The position numbers and the translations under genes are program-made. A stretch of 64,000 bases of DNA from Candidatus Spongiisociaceae bacterium (GTDB taxonomy: Bacteria > Actinomycetota > Acidimicrobiia > Spongiisociales > Spongiisociaceae): NCBI GenBank assembly GCA_965262915.1, contig OZ253564.1, positions 64,001 to 128,000 of the forward strand, read 5' to 3'. The notes beneath the pieces are model-generated. The model saw only the letters and a program-made list of their open reading frames with translations. It did not search any database and had not been told where the DNA came from. Positions 40,878 through 49,805 of the stretch are shown here, piece by piece (position 1 is the stretch's first letter; each line of letters opens with the position of its first letter).

Positions 40878-41129
40878 ATGGTAACCAAGACAATCGGGTT
40901 TGCGGTCGCGGAGGAGGATTTGTCACGCCTTGATCGTCTCACAGCCAGGTTCGGCAACGGTAATCGCTCGGCGTTCCTCCGAGAGGCCATGCACCAGATG
41001 GAAGTGGTCGACCGCGCCGCGCGCCTCGTGGAGTTCCAGGTATATGGGGCGCGGCAGGCAAATGAAGCAGGCTTGGACGATGACGATCCCGTGACTGTGG
41101 TACGTCGGGTTTTGAAGAACCGCACCTGA
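40878..41129 (+). CDS. Ribbon-helix-helix antitoxin
   Basis: TIGFAV...LSRLDRL...GNRSAFLREAM RHH pattern; directly upstream of the PIN gene. Confidence 0.75.
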   Translation: MVTKTIGFAVAEEDLSRLDRLTARFGNGNRSAFLREAMHQMEVVDRAARLVEFQVYGARQANEAGLDDDDPVTVVRRVLKNRT

Positions 41130-41131
41130 CT

Positions 41132-41629
41132 TTGTTACCTATCGTTGTCGACATAAACATCCTCGTCGGCGCGGTATCGGGCGCCATGAACCCCTTCCAC
41201 TCCTGGCCATCGCCGCCACCCGTGCGTGGAAGCCCGCCAGCCAACGTGATCGGCATTCTCAACGACGCGCGGGAGTTCTCGTTGTTCCTCTCCGAACACA
41301 TACTCGCCAATACCGTCCGAGTACTGGTAGGGGAACCTCCCGATGGCTACGGGTGGGAGATCGAGCGCGTGGAGAACTACCTGGCGCTCCTAGTCGACAT
41401 CGGCACAGCCTCCGGGGGAGGTGTGGTTGAACCGGGAGTTGTCGTGACTGATTGCGATGACTTCGAGGACAACAGGATTCTCGAGTGTGCACTTGCGTGT
41501 GGCACGGTGATGATCGTGAGCGATGACGACGACCTCGTTCGCCTGTCGCCGTGGCGCGGTTGCGTGATCGTGACAGCCGCCGAGTTCGTCAGTCGAACCG
41601 ACGCTATGCGACGTGCCGGCAAGCGCTGA
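41132..41629 (+). CDS. PIN-domain toxin
   Basis: IVVDINILV, DFEDNRILECA, IVSDDDDL...IVTAAEFV. Confidence 0.82.
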   Translation: MLPIVVDINILVGAVSGAMNPFHSWPSPPPVRGSPPANVIGILNDAREFSLFLSEHILANTVRVLVGEPPDGYGWEIERVENYLALLVDIGTASGGGVVEPGVVVTDCDDFEDNRILECALACGTVMIVSDDDDLVRLSPWRGCVIVTAAEFVSRTDAMRRAGKR

Positions 41630-41733
41630 GCGTCAGCAAAGCAAAACTCCCCGCACCTCTCTCGGGTTCTCAAGGGCTTCTGTCCTTACCGTTGGTTGCC
41701 CAGGGAACCGTCTGGTCGGCCACGCGTCGCCGC

Positions 41734-43089
41734 TCAACCCCCCTCGTGGCCCGTGAGGGAGGCGCGTGACTGCCGGTCGTCGGGGCCGACCTCGTAGACC
41801 ACGCTCCGCCGTGTGGCTTCGATATCTGAGGAGTCGAGGTGCTCGTGGATCACGACCCGGGAGGCGCCGCAATCGCCGAACTCGTCACAGCTCAGGACCC
41901 CCGTCACTCCCTGGAATCCGGACAGGTTGTCCAGGTACTCGCGCACGCCGGCCCGGTCGATCACAAGCGTCCCGTCTTGGGACCTCACATAGGATGCGGC
42001 ACTGATCGCGTCCAGGAGCAGGACTGTGGCATCGTAGGCGTGACCCCAGAACGTTCCGGTGGGAGATCCCTCCGCTGTGTCCTCGAAGCGAGTCCGGAGG
42101 CCGGCGGCGCTCTGGCCGGTGGTCTGGTTGGTGTTGTCCCCGAAGCGGGTGTCGGGGCCGGAGACGTAGGTACCCTCGCTCTGGGGCAAGCTCAGGAACC
42201 TGTCGTTGAGCAGGCCGTCAGCCGCTGCGAACACCATCTCCGAGAAGGCGGGCATCTCGGATGCCTGCTCCACCAGGAAGCCGCCGGTGGGCCAGAAGAT
42301 CGGGAAGAAGAGGGCGTCGGGCTCGCCTGCGGCAATCTCCGTGAGAACGGGGACCAGATCCTCGTCCTTGCGGTCGACCTCCCACGTACCGGTGATGGCA
42401 CCGCCCTGCTCCTCGAACGCGTTGGAGAAGGCAGAAGCCAGACCCATCGTGTAAGGGCCTCCGTCGTGAACGACAGCCGCGGACATCACCCCTTCCCCGA
42501 AGAGGAAGTGGGCGACTGATTCACCCTGGATGAGATCGTTGTGGGCGGTCCGGTAGTAGCCGGGGAAATGGCTTCCCCCCTCGTTGCCGGCGAGGTCCGA
42601 TGTGAGCGACGGCGCGGTGTTGGATGGCGAGATCAGGACCATGCCCGCCTTCGTGATGAGAGGGGCTGCCTCCGCGGCCGCCGCCGAACAGTTGGTCCCG
42701 ATCACCCCCACCACATCGCCCTCGGCAACTATCAGCGAACCTGTGATCATGCCGCCTTCCGGGGAACACATGTCGTCTAGACCCACCCCGAGATTGACAT
42801 CGTAACCGTGGATGGGACCGTAGTCCTCGACAGCGAACACGATGGCGCGCTCGGCCGAGTTGCCGAACAGCGTGAGATCACCACCGTTCGTGTAGGCGGA
42901 GCGGATCTGTACCGTCTCGTCTCGAGCAACCTCCACGGTGCCGAGTGAACCATCACCCAGGCTGTCCCTTGGCCAGTCCGCACATGCCGCCCCCACCAAA
43001 CCGAAGGCCGCCAGGGCTATCAGCAGCACACGACGGGGCAGGCGCACTCGGTGATCACAGGTATTGATAATCGCTCGCATGGAGCCCAT
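41734..43089 (-). CDS. Branched-chain amino acid ABC substrate-binding lipoprotein (LivJ-like), orphan
   Basis: Lipobox GAAC, DDMCSPEGG, VIGTNCS, ISPSNTAPSLT, YRTAHND, HDGGPY, HAYDA; start uncertain. Confidence 0.88.
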   Translation of the reverse strand: MGSMRAIINTCDHRVRLPRRVLLIALAAFGLVGAACADWPRDSLGDGSLGTVEVARDETVQIRSAYTNGGDLTLFGNSAERAIVFAVEDYGPIHGYDVNLGVGLDDMCSPEGGMITGSLIVAEGDVVGVIGTNCSAAAAEAAPLITKAGMVLISPSNTAPSLTSDLAGNEGGSHFPGYYRTAHNDLIQGESVAHFLFGEGVMSAAVVHDGGPYTMGLASAFSNAFEEQGGAITGTWEVDRKDEDLVPVLTEIAAGEPDALFFPIFWPTGGFLVEQASEMPAFSEMVFAAADGLLNDRFLSLPQSEGTYVSGPDTRFGDNTNQTTGQSAAGLRTRFEDTAEGSPTGTFWGHAYDATVLLLDAISAASYVRSQDGTLVIDRAGVREYLDNLSGFQGVTGVLSCDEFGDCGASRVVIHEHLDSSDIEATRRSVVYEVGPDDRQSRASLTGHEGG

Positions 43090-43231
43090 CCTATGGCGGG
43101 AAGCCGCCGAGTCGAAGGCATTCGGTCAGCCCGGCCCCCCTGCCCGTTTCGCATGCTCCGGTCAGCTCGCGGGCGCCTTTCGGTCGCCGAGGCGGCTCGG
43201 ATGGGGACAAGGCCGGTAACGAACCTCGCTG

Positions 43232-44407
43232 CTAACCGAGGGATGCCTCGAACTTGGACACGGCTTCGTCCACCTCGTCCGCGCTGATGACCAGCGGTGG
43301 CGCGAAGCGGACGGTGTCCGCCACCACGTTGTTGACCAGCAAGCCGTTGGCCATCGCGGTCTGCGTGACCTCTGCGGCCCGGTCCGACTCGAGCACCGCG
43401 CCGACCAGCAGTCCCCGACCGCGCACGTCGACCACACCGTCCACAGCCTTGAGGCGCTCCACGAACTGCGCCCCTCTCTCCCGGCAGTTGGCCAGTAGAT
43501 CGCGGTTCTCGATCTCGTCGAGGACCGCCAGGGCGGCCGTGGTTATCACCGGCCCGCCTCCGAATGTGGTGGCGTGGTCGCCGTAGTCGAAGGCGGCAGC
43601 CCGCTCCGTGGAGAGGCACGCACCGATCGGGAGCCCGTTGGCGAGGGCCTTAGCCAGCGTGGCGATGTCCGGCTCCACGCCCAACTGCTGCCAGGAGAAC
43701 CAGGACCCGGTGCGGCCGATTCCCGCCTGGACGTCGTCGAAAATGAGCAGCACCTCGCGCTCGTCGCACAGCGCCCGGAGCGCCTGAAGGTATCGCCGGT
43801 TCAGGGGAACCACCCCTCCTTCACCCTGGGTGGTCTCGACCAGCACCCCCGCGGTCCGGGGCCCCACCGCATCGGCCATGGCATCTATGTCCCCTACCGG
43901 TACCTGGACGAACCCCGGTGGAAGCGGGGCGAAGACCTCTTGCTTGTGGGGCTGGCCGGTGGCGGCGAGAGCGGCCAGGGTCCGGCCGTGGAACGAGTCG
44001 AGCAGCGAGACGACCTCGTGGCAATCCGGCCCGCGCCGCTTCTGGCCCCATCTGCGGGCCAGCTTGATGGCCGCCTCGTTGGCGGTGGCGCCGTCGTTGG
44101 CGAAGAACACCCGGTCCAACCCGGACAGGGCCTTCAGACGTTCGGCCAGTTCCACCTGCGGGACCGTGTAGTAGAGGTTGGACGTGTGGACCAGCTTCGT
44201 CATCTGCCGTGCAACCGCCGCAGCCACCGCGGTGTTGGCGTGCCCGACCGACACCACCGCGATTCCGGCTAGGCAGTCCAGGTAGTCCTTCCCGTCCTCG
44301 TCGTAGAGCCTGCAGCCGTCACCGCGGACGAAGGTGACCGGCGCCCTTCCGTAAGTCTGCAGGATGGCGGCGGCCTCCCGCTCGGCGATGGTCGGGGGGG
44401 GCATCAC
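43232..44407 (-). CDS. argD: Acetylornithine aminotransferase
   Basis: YLDCLAGIAV, HTSNLY, FHGRT, QGEGG, DDVQAGIGRTG, AKALANG, HATTFGG. Confidence 0.93.
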   Translation of the reverse strand: MMPPPTIAEREAAAILQTYGRAPVTFVRGDGCRLYDEDGKDYLDCLAGIAVVSVGHANTAVAAAVARQMTKLVHTSNLYYTVPQVELAERLKALSGLDRVFFANDGATANEAAIKLARRWGQKRRGPDCHEVVSLLDSFHGRTLAALAATGQPHKQEVFAPLPPGFVQVPVGDIDAMADAVGPRTAGVLVETTQGEGGVVPLNRRYLQALRALCDEREVLLIFDDVQAGIGRTGSWFSWQQLGVEPDIATLAKALANGLPIGACLSTERAAAFDYGDHATTFGGGPVITTAALAVLDEIENRDLLANCRERGAQFVERLKAVDGVVDVRGRGLLVGAVLESDRAAEVTQTAMANGLLVNNVVADTVRFAPPLVISADEVDEAVSKFEASLG

Positions 44408-45309
44408 AACTTGTCTCCTGGTGTGATCATCGTTCCGATTCCTTCCGGTGTGAATATCTCCAGTAGCACCGCGTGCTGGATCCGTCCGTCCAGTATGTGG
44501 GCCTGGGGAACGCCCATCTCCAATGCCTCGATACAGGATTCCAGCTTGGGAAGCATCCCGGCCGAGATACTACCGCTCCCCAGTATCTCCCGCAGTTCGC
44601 TCACGAACATGGCTTCGATGAGGCTGTCCTCGTCGTCCAGGTTCCGGTACAGACCCTCCACGTCGGTGAGGTATATGAGCTTGCGGGCCCGCAGCGTCCG
44701 GGCCAAAGCGCCTGCGGCGGTGTCGGCGTTGATGTTGTAGACATTCCCGTCCGCGCCACTCGCCAGGGGGGCTACCACAGGCACAGTGCCCCGGTCGAGC
44801 AGCTCCTCGATCTTTTCCGTGTTCACCCGCTCGATGCGGCCCACGAAACCCAAGTCGGGGTGTCGTTGGCGGGCGGTGAACAAGCCACTGCCGAGACTTC
44901 CGAAACCTTCCGCACGAGTATCGTGACTCTTCAGAAGTCGCACGATGTCGGGGTTGATCTCTCCCGCCAGCGTCGCCCTTACGACTCCGAGCGTCGCCTC
45001 GTCCGTCACCCGCAGGCCGTCCACCCACCGCGGCTCCAAACCGGCCCGGGCCATTGCCCGCGTGATATGCGGTCCGCCTCCGTGAACCACGACCGGCCTC
45101 AGCCCCAGTAGCCCGAGCAGGGTGACGTCACGAGCGAAGCTCGAACGCAGATCGTCGTCCACCATCGCCGAACCGCCGTACTTGATCACCACCGTCTTCC
45201 CGGAGAACTCCTGGATGTAGGGCATTGCCTCGGTGAGGACCCTGGCCTTGGCCATGGCAGAGGCGATGCGTGACCGATGCGGCGTCGGGGCGGTGTGACC
45301 GGTCACCAT
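44404..45309 (-). CDS. argB: Acetylglutamate kinase
   Basis: VIKYGGSAM, VHGGGP, GLRVTD, NINADTAA, LTDVEG, GMLPK, EIFTPEGIGT. Confidence 0.95.
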   Translation of the reverse strand: MVTGHTAPTPHRSRIASAMAKARVLTEAMPYIQEFSGKTVVIKYGGSAMVDDDLRSSFARDVTLLGLLGLRPVVVHGGGPHITRAMARAGLEPRWVDGLRVTDEATLGVVRATLAGEINPDIVRLLKSHDTRAEGFGSLGSGLFTARQRHPDLGFVGRIERVNTEKIEELLDRGTVPVVAPLASGADGNVYNINADTAAGALARTLRARKLIYLTDVEGLYRNLDDEDSLIEAMFVSELREILGSGSISAGMLPKLESCIEALEMGVPQAHILDGRIQHAVLLEIFTPEGIGTMITPGDKL

Positions 45310-46469
45310 CAGATCCGCACCCCCCCGTCCAGGATCGCGTAGTCGGGCGTCATGTCGTTGGTCAGAATCGTCGCCTTGCCGAGACCGAGGCCCACCCTCA
45401 TCTCGATCGTGAAGTCCCCGGTCATCTGCTTCCGGACACCTTCGACGCTGTGGGCGATCGGTACCCCGTGCCAGGCCACCGTCGTCATGCCGTAGCGGAC
45501 GGTGATGTGGTAGGGCGACACCTCGTGGCCGCTTACCCCGGCCGCGGCGACCAACCTTCCCCAGTTGGGATCCCCCTTGTAGAACGAGGTTCTGACCCGC
45601 ACCGAGTCGGCCACGGCCTTGCCGATGTCCCGGGCAGCGGAATCGTCGGACGCACCCACGATACGCAGGGTCACCACCCTGGATGCGCCTTCGGCGTCCC
45701 TCATCATCTGCATTGCGAGCTTCCGGCAGGCTTCGGTGAGATGACCGGTGAACGCGTCGGGGTCGGGTTCGATCTCGCTCGCTCCCGACGCCATTAGCAC
45801 CACCGTGTCGTTGGTCGACTGGCAGCCGTCGATGTTCAGGCTGTTGAAGGTGACGTCCACCGCCTCCCGTAGCGAGGATGCCAGCACTTCGGGATGGACC
45901 ACCGCGTCGGTGGTCAGGTAGGCAAGCATGGTGGCCACGTCGGGGCGCACCATGCCGGAGCCTTTGGCCATGCCGCCGATTGCGTAGCCCTCGGCGGTCA
46001 CGACTGCCTCTTTGGTAACCGTGTCCGTGGTGAGGATGCCCTTGGCAGCTGCCCCACCATCGTTCGGAGCGCTCCCCAGGGCGGGAATCGCCCGCTCCAA
46101 CCCTTGGTAGATCCTGGGAACGGGCAGCAACTTGCCGATCGGCCCGGTGGTTGACAGGAGAACGTTCCCTTTGGCTATCCCCAGCAGGTCGGCAACTCTC
46201 TCGACCACGCGCGCGGCGGCGGCGCCTCCCGCAGCTCCCGTCGCCGCATTGGCACAGCCTGATACCACCACCACCGCCTGCAGGCGACCGTCGGCTACCG
46301 CGTTCCGGCCCATCTCGATCACGGGTGCGGCGGTCGTAGAGGTGGTGAATACCGCGGCGGCCGGTACCGGAGCCCAGGCGGTGATCATCGCCAAGTCGGC
46401 GGCGCCGGATGGCTTCACTCCGCAGGCGAGCCCGGTGGCGACAAACCCCTGGGCTGCGGTAACGCTCAT
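45309..46469 (-). CDS. argJ: Ornithine acetyltransferase
   Basis: TTDTVTK, GMAKGSGM...ATML autocleavage motif, DGCQSTNDT, DAEG, DPNWGR. Confidence 0.93.
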   Translation of the reverse strand: MSVTAAQGFVATGLACGVKPSGAADLAMITAWAPVPAAAVFTTSTTAAPVIEMGRNAVADGRLQAVVVVSGCANAATGAAGGAAAARVVERVADLLGIAKGNVLLSTTGPIGKLLPVPRIYQGLERAIPALGSAPNDGGAAAKGILTTDTVTKEAVVTAEGYAIGGMAKGSGMVRPDVATMLAYLTTDAVVHPEVLASSLREAVDVTFNSLNIDGCQSTNDTVVLMASGASEIEPDPDAFTGHLTEACRKLAMQMMRDAEGASRVVTLRIVGASDDSAARDIGKAVADSVRVRTSFYKGDPNWGRLVAAAGVSGHEVSPYHITVRYGMTTVAWHGVPIAHSVEGVRKQMTGDFTIEMRVGLGLGKATILTNDMTPDYAILDGGVRI

Positions 46470-47485
46470 GGAAGCCACCCGGCGGCGGTCAGTCCGGCCC
46501 TCTCGGGAAACCCCAGAGCGAGGTTGGCGCACTGGACGGCCTGGCCTGCTGCGCCCTTGCCGAGGTTGTCGATGGCAACGGTGACGATGGCCCGCCCGCT
46601 GTGGTGGTCTTCGGCGGCGTGGATCAGGGCACGGTTGGACCCCACTACCCAGCGAGTCTGCGGGGGCTGCTCCAAGACATCGACAAAGGGCGCTGTCGTA
46701 TAGGCATCACGGAGGGCGTCGCTAATCGAGCCGGGTTCGAGGAGGTCGGCTGAGCAGGTCGAGAGGATTCCTCTCTGCATGGGGACCAGATGGGGTGTGA
46801 ACTGCACGAAGACCGGATCTCCGGATAGGGCCTCGAGTCCCATCTCGATCTCGGGACGGTGGCGATGGGTGGCTATTCCGTAGGCCTTGACGCTCTCGTC
46901 GACCGCACCGAACGTCAGATGAGCCTTCACTCCCCGTCCTGCTCCGGTGACGCCCGACATCGAGTCGACCACTATCGGGCCGCCGATCACCCCGGCGGCT
47001 AGGAGAGGACCCAGACCGAGCAGCGCGGAAGTCGGGTAGCACCCGGGTACGGCCACCTTGCGGGTCCCGGGAAGGGAACTCCCGAACAGTTCCGGGAGCC
47101 CGTAGACCCAGGTGTCCAGTTCGTCGGGAAGCGGGTGCGGGCTGCCGTAGGCGAACTCGTACCTCTCAGGGCTGTCCATCCGGTAGTCGCTTCCCAGATC
47201 GAAGACGGCCACTCCGGCCTCTGCCAACCGATGTCCCGCTTCCCACGAAGAACCATGCGGCAGGGCCAGAAAGGCTGCGTCCATACCCGTGAGACGATCC
47301 ACATCTATAGGCTCCAGAACCCGCTCCGACCCCGGCAGGTGCGGGTGGACCTCACCGAGGGTAGAACCGGCCTGCGTATAGGCGCCCAGATAGGCAGCCT
47401 CGATCGACGGATGCTCGTCGAGGATACGAACCAACTCGCCTCCCGCGTACCCGGAGGCCCCCAGTATCGCGGCGGCTAGTCCCAT
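46466..47485 (-). CDS. argC: N-acetyl-gamma-glutamyl-phosphate reductase
   Basis: GASGYAGGEL, ALPHG, PGCYPT, SGVTGAG, HRHRPEI, DNLGKGAAGQAVQ. Confidence 0.95.
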   Translation of the reverse strand: MGLAAAILGASGYAGGELVRILDEHPSIEAAYLGAYTQAGSTLGEVHPHLPGSERVLEPIDVDRLTGMDAAFLALPHGSSWEAGHRLAEAGVAVFDLGSDYRMDSPERYEFAYGSPHPLPDELDTWVYGLPELFGSSLPGTRKVAVPGCYPTSALLGLGPLLAAGVIGGPIVVDSMSGVTGAGRGVKAHLTFGAVDESVKAYGIATHRHRPEIEMGLEALSGDPVFVQFTPHLVPMQRGILSTCSADLLEPGSISDALRDAYTTAPFVDVLEQPPQTRWVVGSNRALIHAAEDHHSGRAIVTVAIDNLGKGAAGQAVQCANLALGFPERAGLTAAGWLP

Positions 47486-47488
47486 AGC

Positions 47489-47522
47489 TGCATGATCATA
47501 CGCGAATCTGCATATTCATGCA
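47489..47522. promoter_or_regulatory. ARG boxes upstream of argC
   Basis: TGCATGATCATACG...TGCATATTCATGCA, similar to the argR site. Confidence 0.72.
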
Positions 47523-47595
47523 AGAACTGGGAGCGAAACTCAATATGAGCCAGCCGGCACCGTCATCGTCACCCCAGAATCAACCGGACCAAGGA

Positions 47596-48564
47596 CTACC
47601 GGCTACCACCCGCCCTATTGACCGCAGCCATGACCGGCTCCCCGGCGAGGCCGGCCACCACCGACTCCGCAACGTGAAGGCCCGCCTTGTTCTGGGCTTC
47701 CACCGTGGAGGCACCCAGGTGGGGGGTCAGAACGATTTCGCGCAACTCGGTCAGGGGTCCGCCGGTCATCGGTTCGTCGGCGTACACATCGAGAGCCGCG
47801 CCGGCCACCTGCCCTTCACGGATCGCTTCGACGAGAGCTACCTCGTCGATGATCCCGCCCCGGGAGGCGTTCACGATCCGGACACCTCGCTTGGCCTTGC
47901 CGAAAGCCTCACTGCCGAGCAGGTTCTCGGTCTCGGGGGTTCTCGGAAGATGGAGGGAGATGAAGTCCGACTCCGCGAGGAGCAAGTCCAGATCCATGAG
48001 CTCCGCGCCGGCCTGGCGGGCCTGCTCAGCGGTGATGTAGGGGTCGTAGGCCAACACTCTCATGCCGAAGGCCAGAGCCCGCTGTGCCACCAAGGAGCCG
48101 ATCCTCCCCATGCCCACCAAGCCGAGGGTCTTGCCGTGGAGTTCCACTCCCCGGAAGGCGGCGCGGTCCCACCTCCCCGATCGTATCGACGCGTCCGCCC
48201 GCGCGATGTTGCGGGCCTGCGAGAGCATCAGCCCGAAGGCGTGCTCGGCAGCCGAGATGCTGTTGGACAGGGGAGCGTTGACCACCAGGATGCCTCGCCG
48301 GGTGGCCTCCTCGAGGTCGATGTTGTCCACCCCCACTCCGGCCCGACCGACCACCCGCAGTCGGGGAGCAGCCTCCATGAGTTGCTGATCGACTTTGGTA
48401 CCGCTTCGTACCACAAGTCCATCGGCCTCGGACAGGAGTTCGATCAAGCGGGCTCGCGGTTCGCCGACCGCCTCCACTACCTCACAGGTCTCCCGCAGGT
48501 GCTCGGCACAACTTGCCGCCAATACCTCGGCTATTACAACTACCGGCCGTCCGTCCGACCCCAT
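47596..48564 (-). CDS. serA: D-3-phosphoglycerate dehydrogenase-like 2-hydroxyacid dehydrogenase (short form)
   Basis: VRSGTKV, GRAGVGVDNID, NSISAAEH, GMGRIG, NASRGG, LDVY..EP, PHLGASTVEAQ. Confidence 0.85.
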   Translation of the reverse strand: MGSDGRPVVVIAEVLAASCAEHLRETCEVVEAVGEPRARLIELLSEADGLVVRSGTKVDQQLMEAAPRLRVVGRAGVGVDNIDLEEATRRGILVVNAPLSNSISAAEHAFGLMLSQARNIARADASIRSGRWDRAAFRGVELHGKTLGLVGMGRIGSLVAQRALAFGMRVLAYDPYITAEQARQAGAELMDLDLLLAESDFISLHLPRTPETENLLGSEAFGKAKRGVRIVNASRGGIIDEVALVEAIREGQVAGAALDVYADEPMTGGPLTELREIVLTPHLGASTVEAQNKAGLHVAESVVAGLAGEPVMAAVNRAGGSR

Positions 48565-48686
48565 GCTCACAACCCCCTTACAGATCGCCAAGATTCTGCC
48601 CCAACCCCGAATTCCCGACAAGCCAGGAGCATGCGCTCGCCTTCTGCGTCGGCTTCTGGGGTAGGTGGATGCCGATCGAAGGTTAC

Positions 48687-49805
48687 TCAGGCGTCCGGGT
48701 TAACCTCGAGGACGAGAGTGTGGACGGGCTCCCAGGAGGCCGAAACCCGGTCTCCGGTCTGGAAGGCCGACTCCTCCTCGTGGGACATGCGCTGGCTGAC
48801 GAGCCGGCCCAAGCCCGGAACGTCGAGATGGAAGAGGCTCACCGCTCCCAGGTAGATGACCTCTTCCACCGTTCCTTGTACCACCGACCCGTCGGGATGG
48901 GCAGGAGCACCCACCGGAGCCAGAGCTATGCGTTCCGGACGGACCGCCGCCCGAACCGTGGTGCCGACATGCACCGAAGCTCCTACCCGAGCCACCACCC
49001 GGCCTTCGCCGACCGACATCACACCGGTGCCGTCCTGCTTCTGCTGGACCGCCATGTCCATGGCGTTTAGGGAACCGATGAACCCGGCCACAAAGGATGA
49101 GTCCGGGTTCTCGTAGATCTCCCGGGGGGTTCCGATCTGCTCGACCCGGCCCAGGTTCATGACCGCGATGCGGTCGGACATGGTGAGGGCTTCCTCCTGG
49201 TCGTGGGTGACGTAGACGAAGGTGGTGCCCAACTCGTGCTGGATGGCCTTCAACTCCAACTGCATCTCCCGGCGCAGCTTCACGTCTAGAGCGCCGAGGG
49301 GCTCGTCGAGAAGCAGCGCCGAAGGCCGGTTGACCAGTGCCCGGGCCAGAGCCACCCGTTGCTGCTGGCCGCCCGACAGCTGCCAGGGCTTGCGTTTCTG
49401 GTAACCGGGTAGCCGGACTATCTCGAGGATCTCGTCCACTCGTCGCACGCGTTCTTTCTTTCTCACGCCGGCGACGCGCAGCCCGAACATCACGTTTTCC
49501 TCGACGTCCATATGCGGGAACAGCGCGTAGTGCTGGAAGACCATGTTGACGTTGCGCTTGCTGGGCAGATGCCCGCTCACGTCCTCGTCCCGCAGCAGCA
49601 CCCGCCCCGTATCGGGAACCTCGAACCCGGCGATCATCCGCAGGCTGGTCGTCTTGCCACACCCGCTCGGTCCCAGCAACGAGAAGAACTCGCCTTCACG
49701 GATGACGATGTCGACATCGTCGACCGCCACCACCTCACCGAAGGTCTTGGTTATGCCCTCGAGGTGGATCCCGACCTCGGACATCAACGAGGAGCTAGCC
49801 GTCAT
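48687..49805 (-). CDS. potA: Polyamine-type ABC transporter ATPase (PotA-like)
   Basis: GPSGCGKT, VFQHYALFPH, LSGGQQQRVALARAL, LLLDEPLGALD, VTHDQEEA, TOBE domain. Confidence 0.9.
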   Translation of the reverse strand: MTASSSLMSEVGIHLEGITKTFGEVVAVDDVDIVIREGEFFSLLGPSGCGKTTSLRMIAGFEVPDTGRVLLRDEDVSGHLPSKRNVNMVFQHYALFPHMDVEENVMFGLRVAGVRKKERVRRVDEILEIVRLPGYQKRKPWQLSGGQQQRVALARALVNRPSALLLDEPLGALDVKLRREMQLELKAIQHELGTTFVYVTHDQEEALTMSDRIAVMNLGRVEQIGTPREIYENPDSSFVAGFIGSLNAMDMAVQQKQDGTGVMSVGEGRVVARVGASVHVGTTVRAAVRPERIALAPVGAPAHPDGSVVQGTVEEVIYLGAVSLFHLDVPGLGRLVSQRMSHEEESAFQTGDRVSASWEPVHTLVLEVNPDA

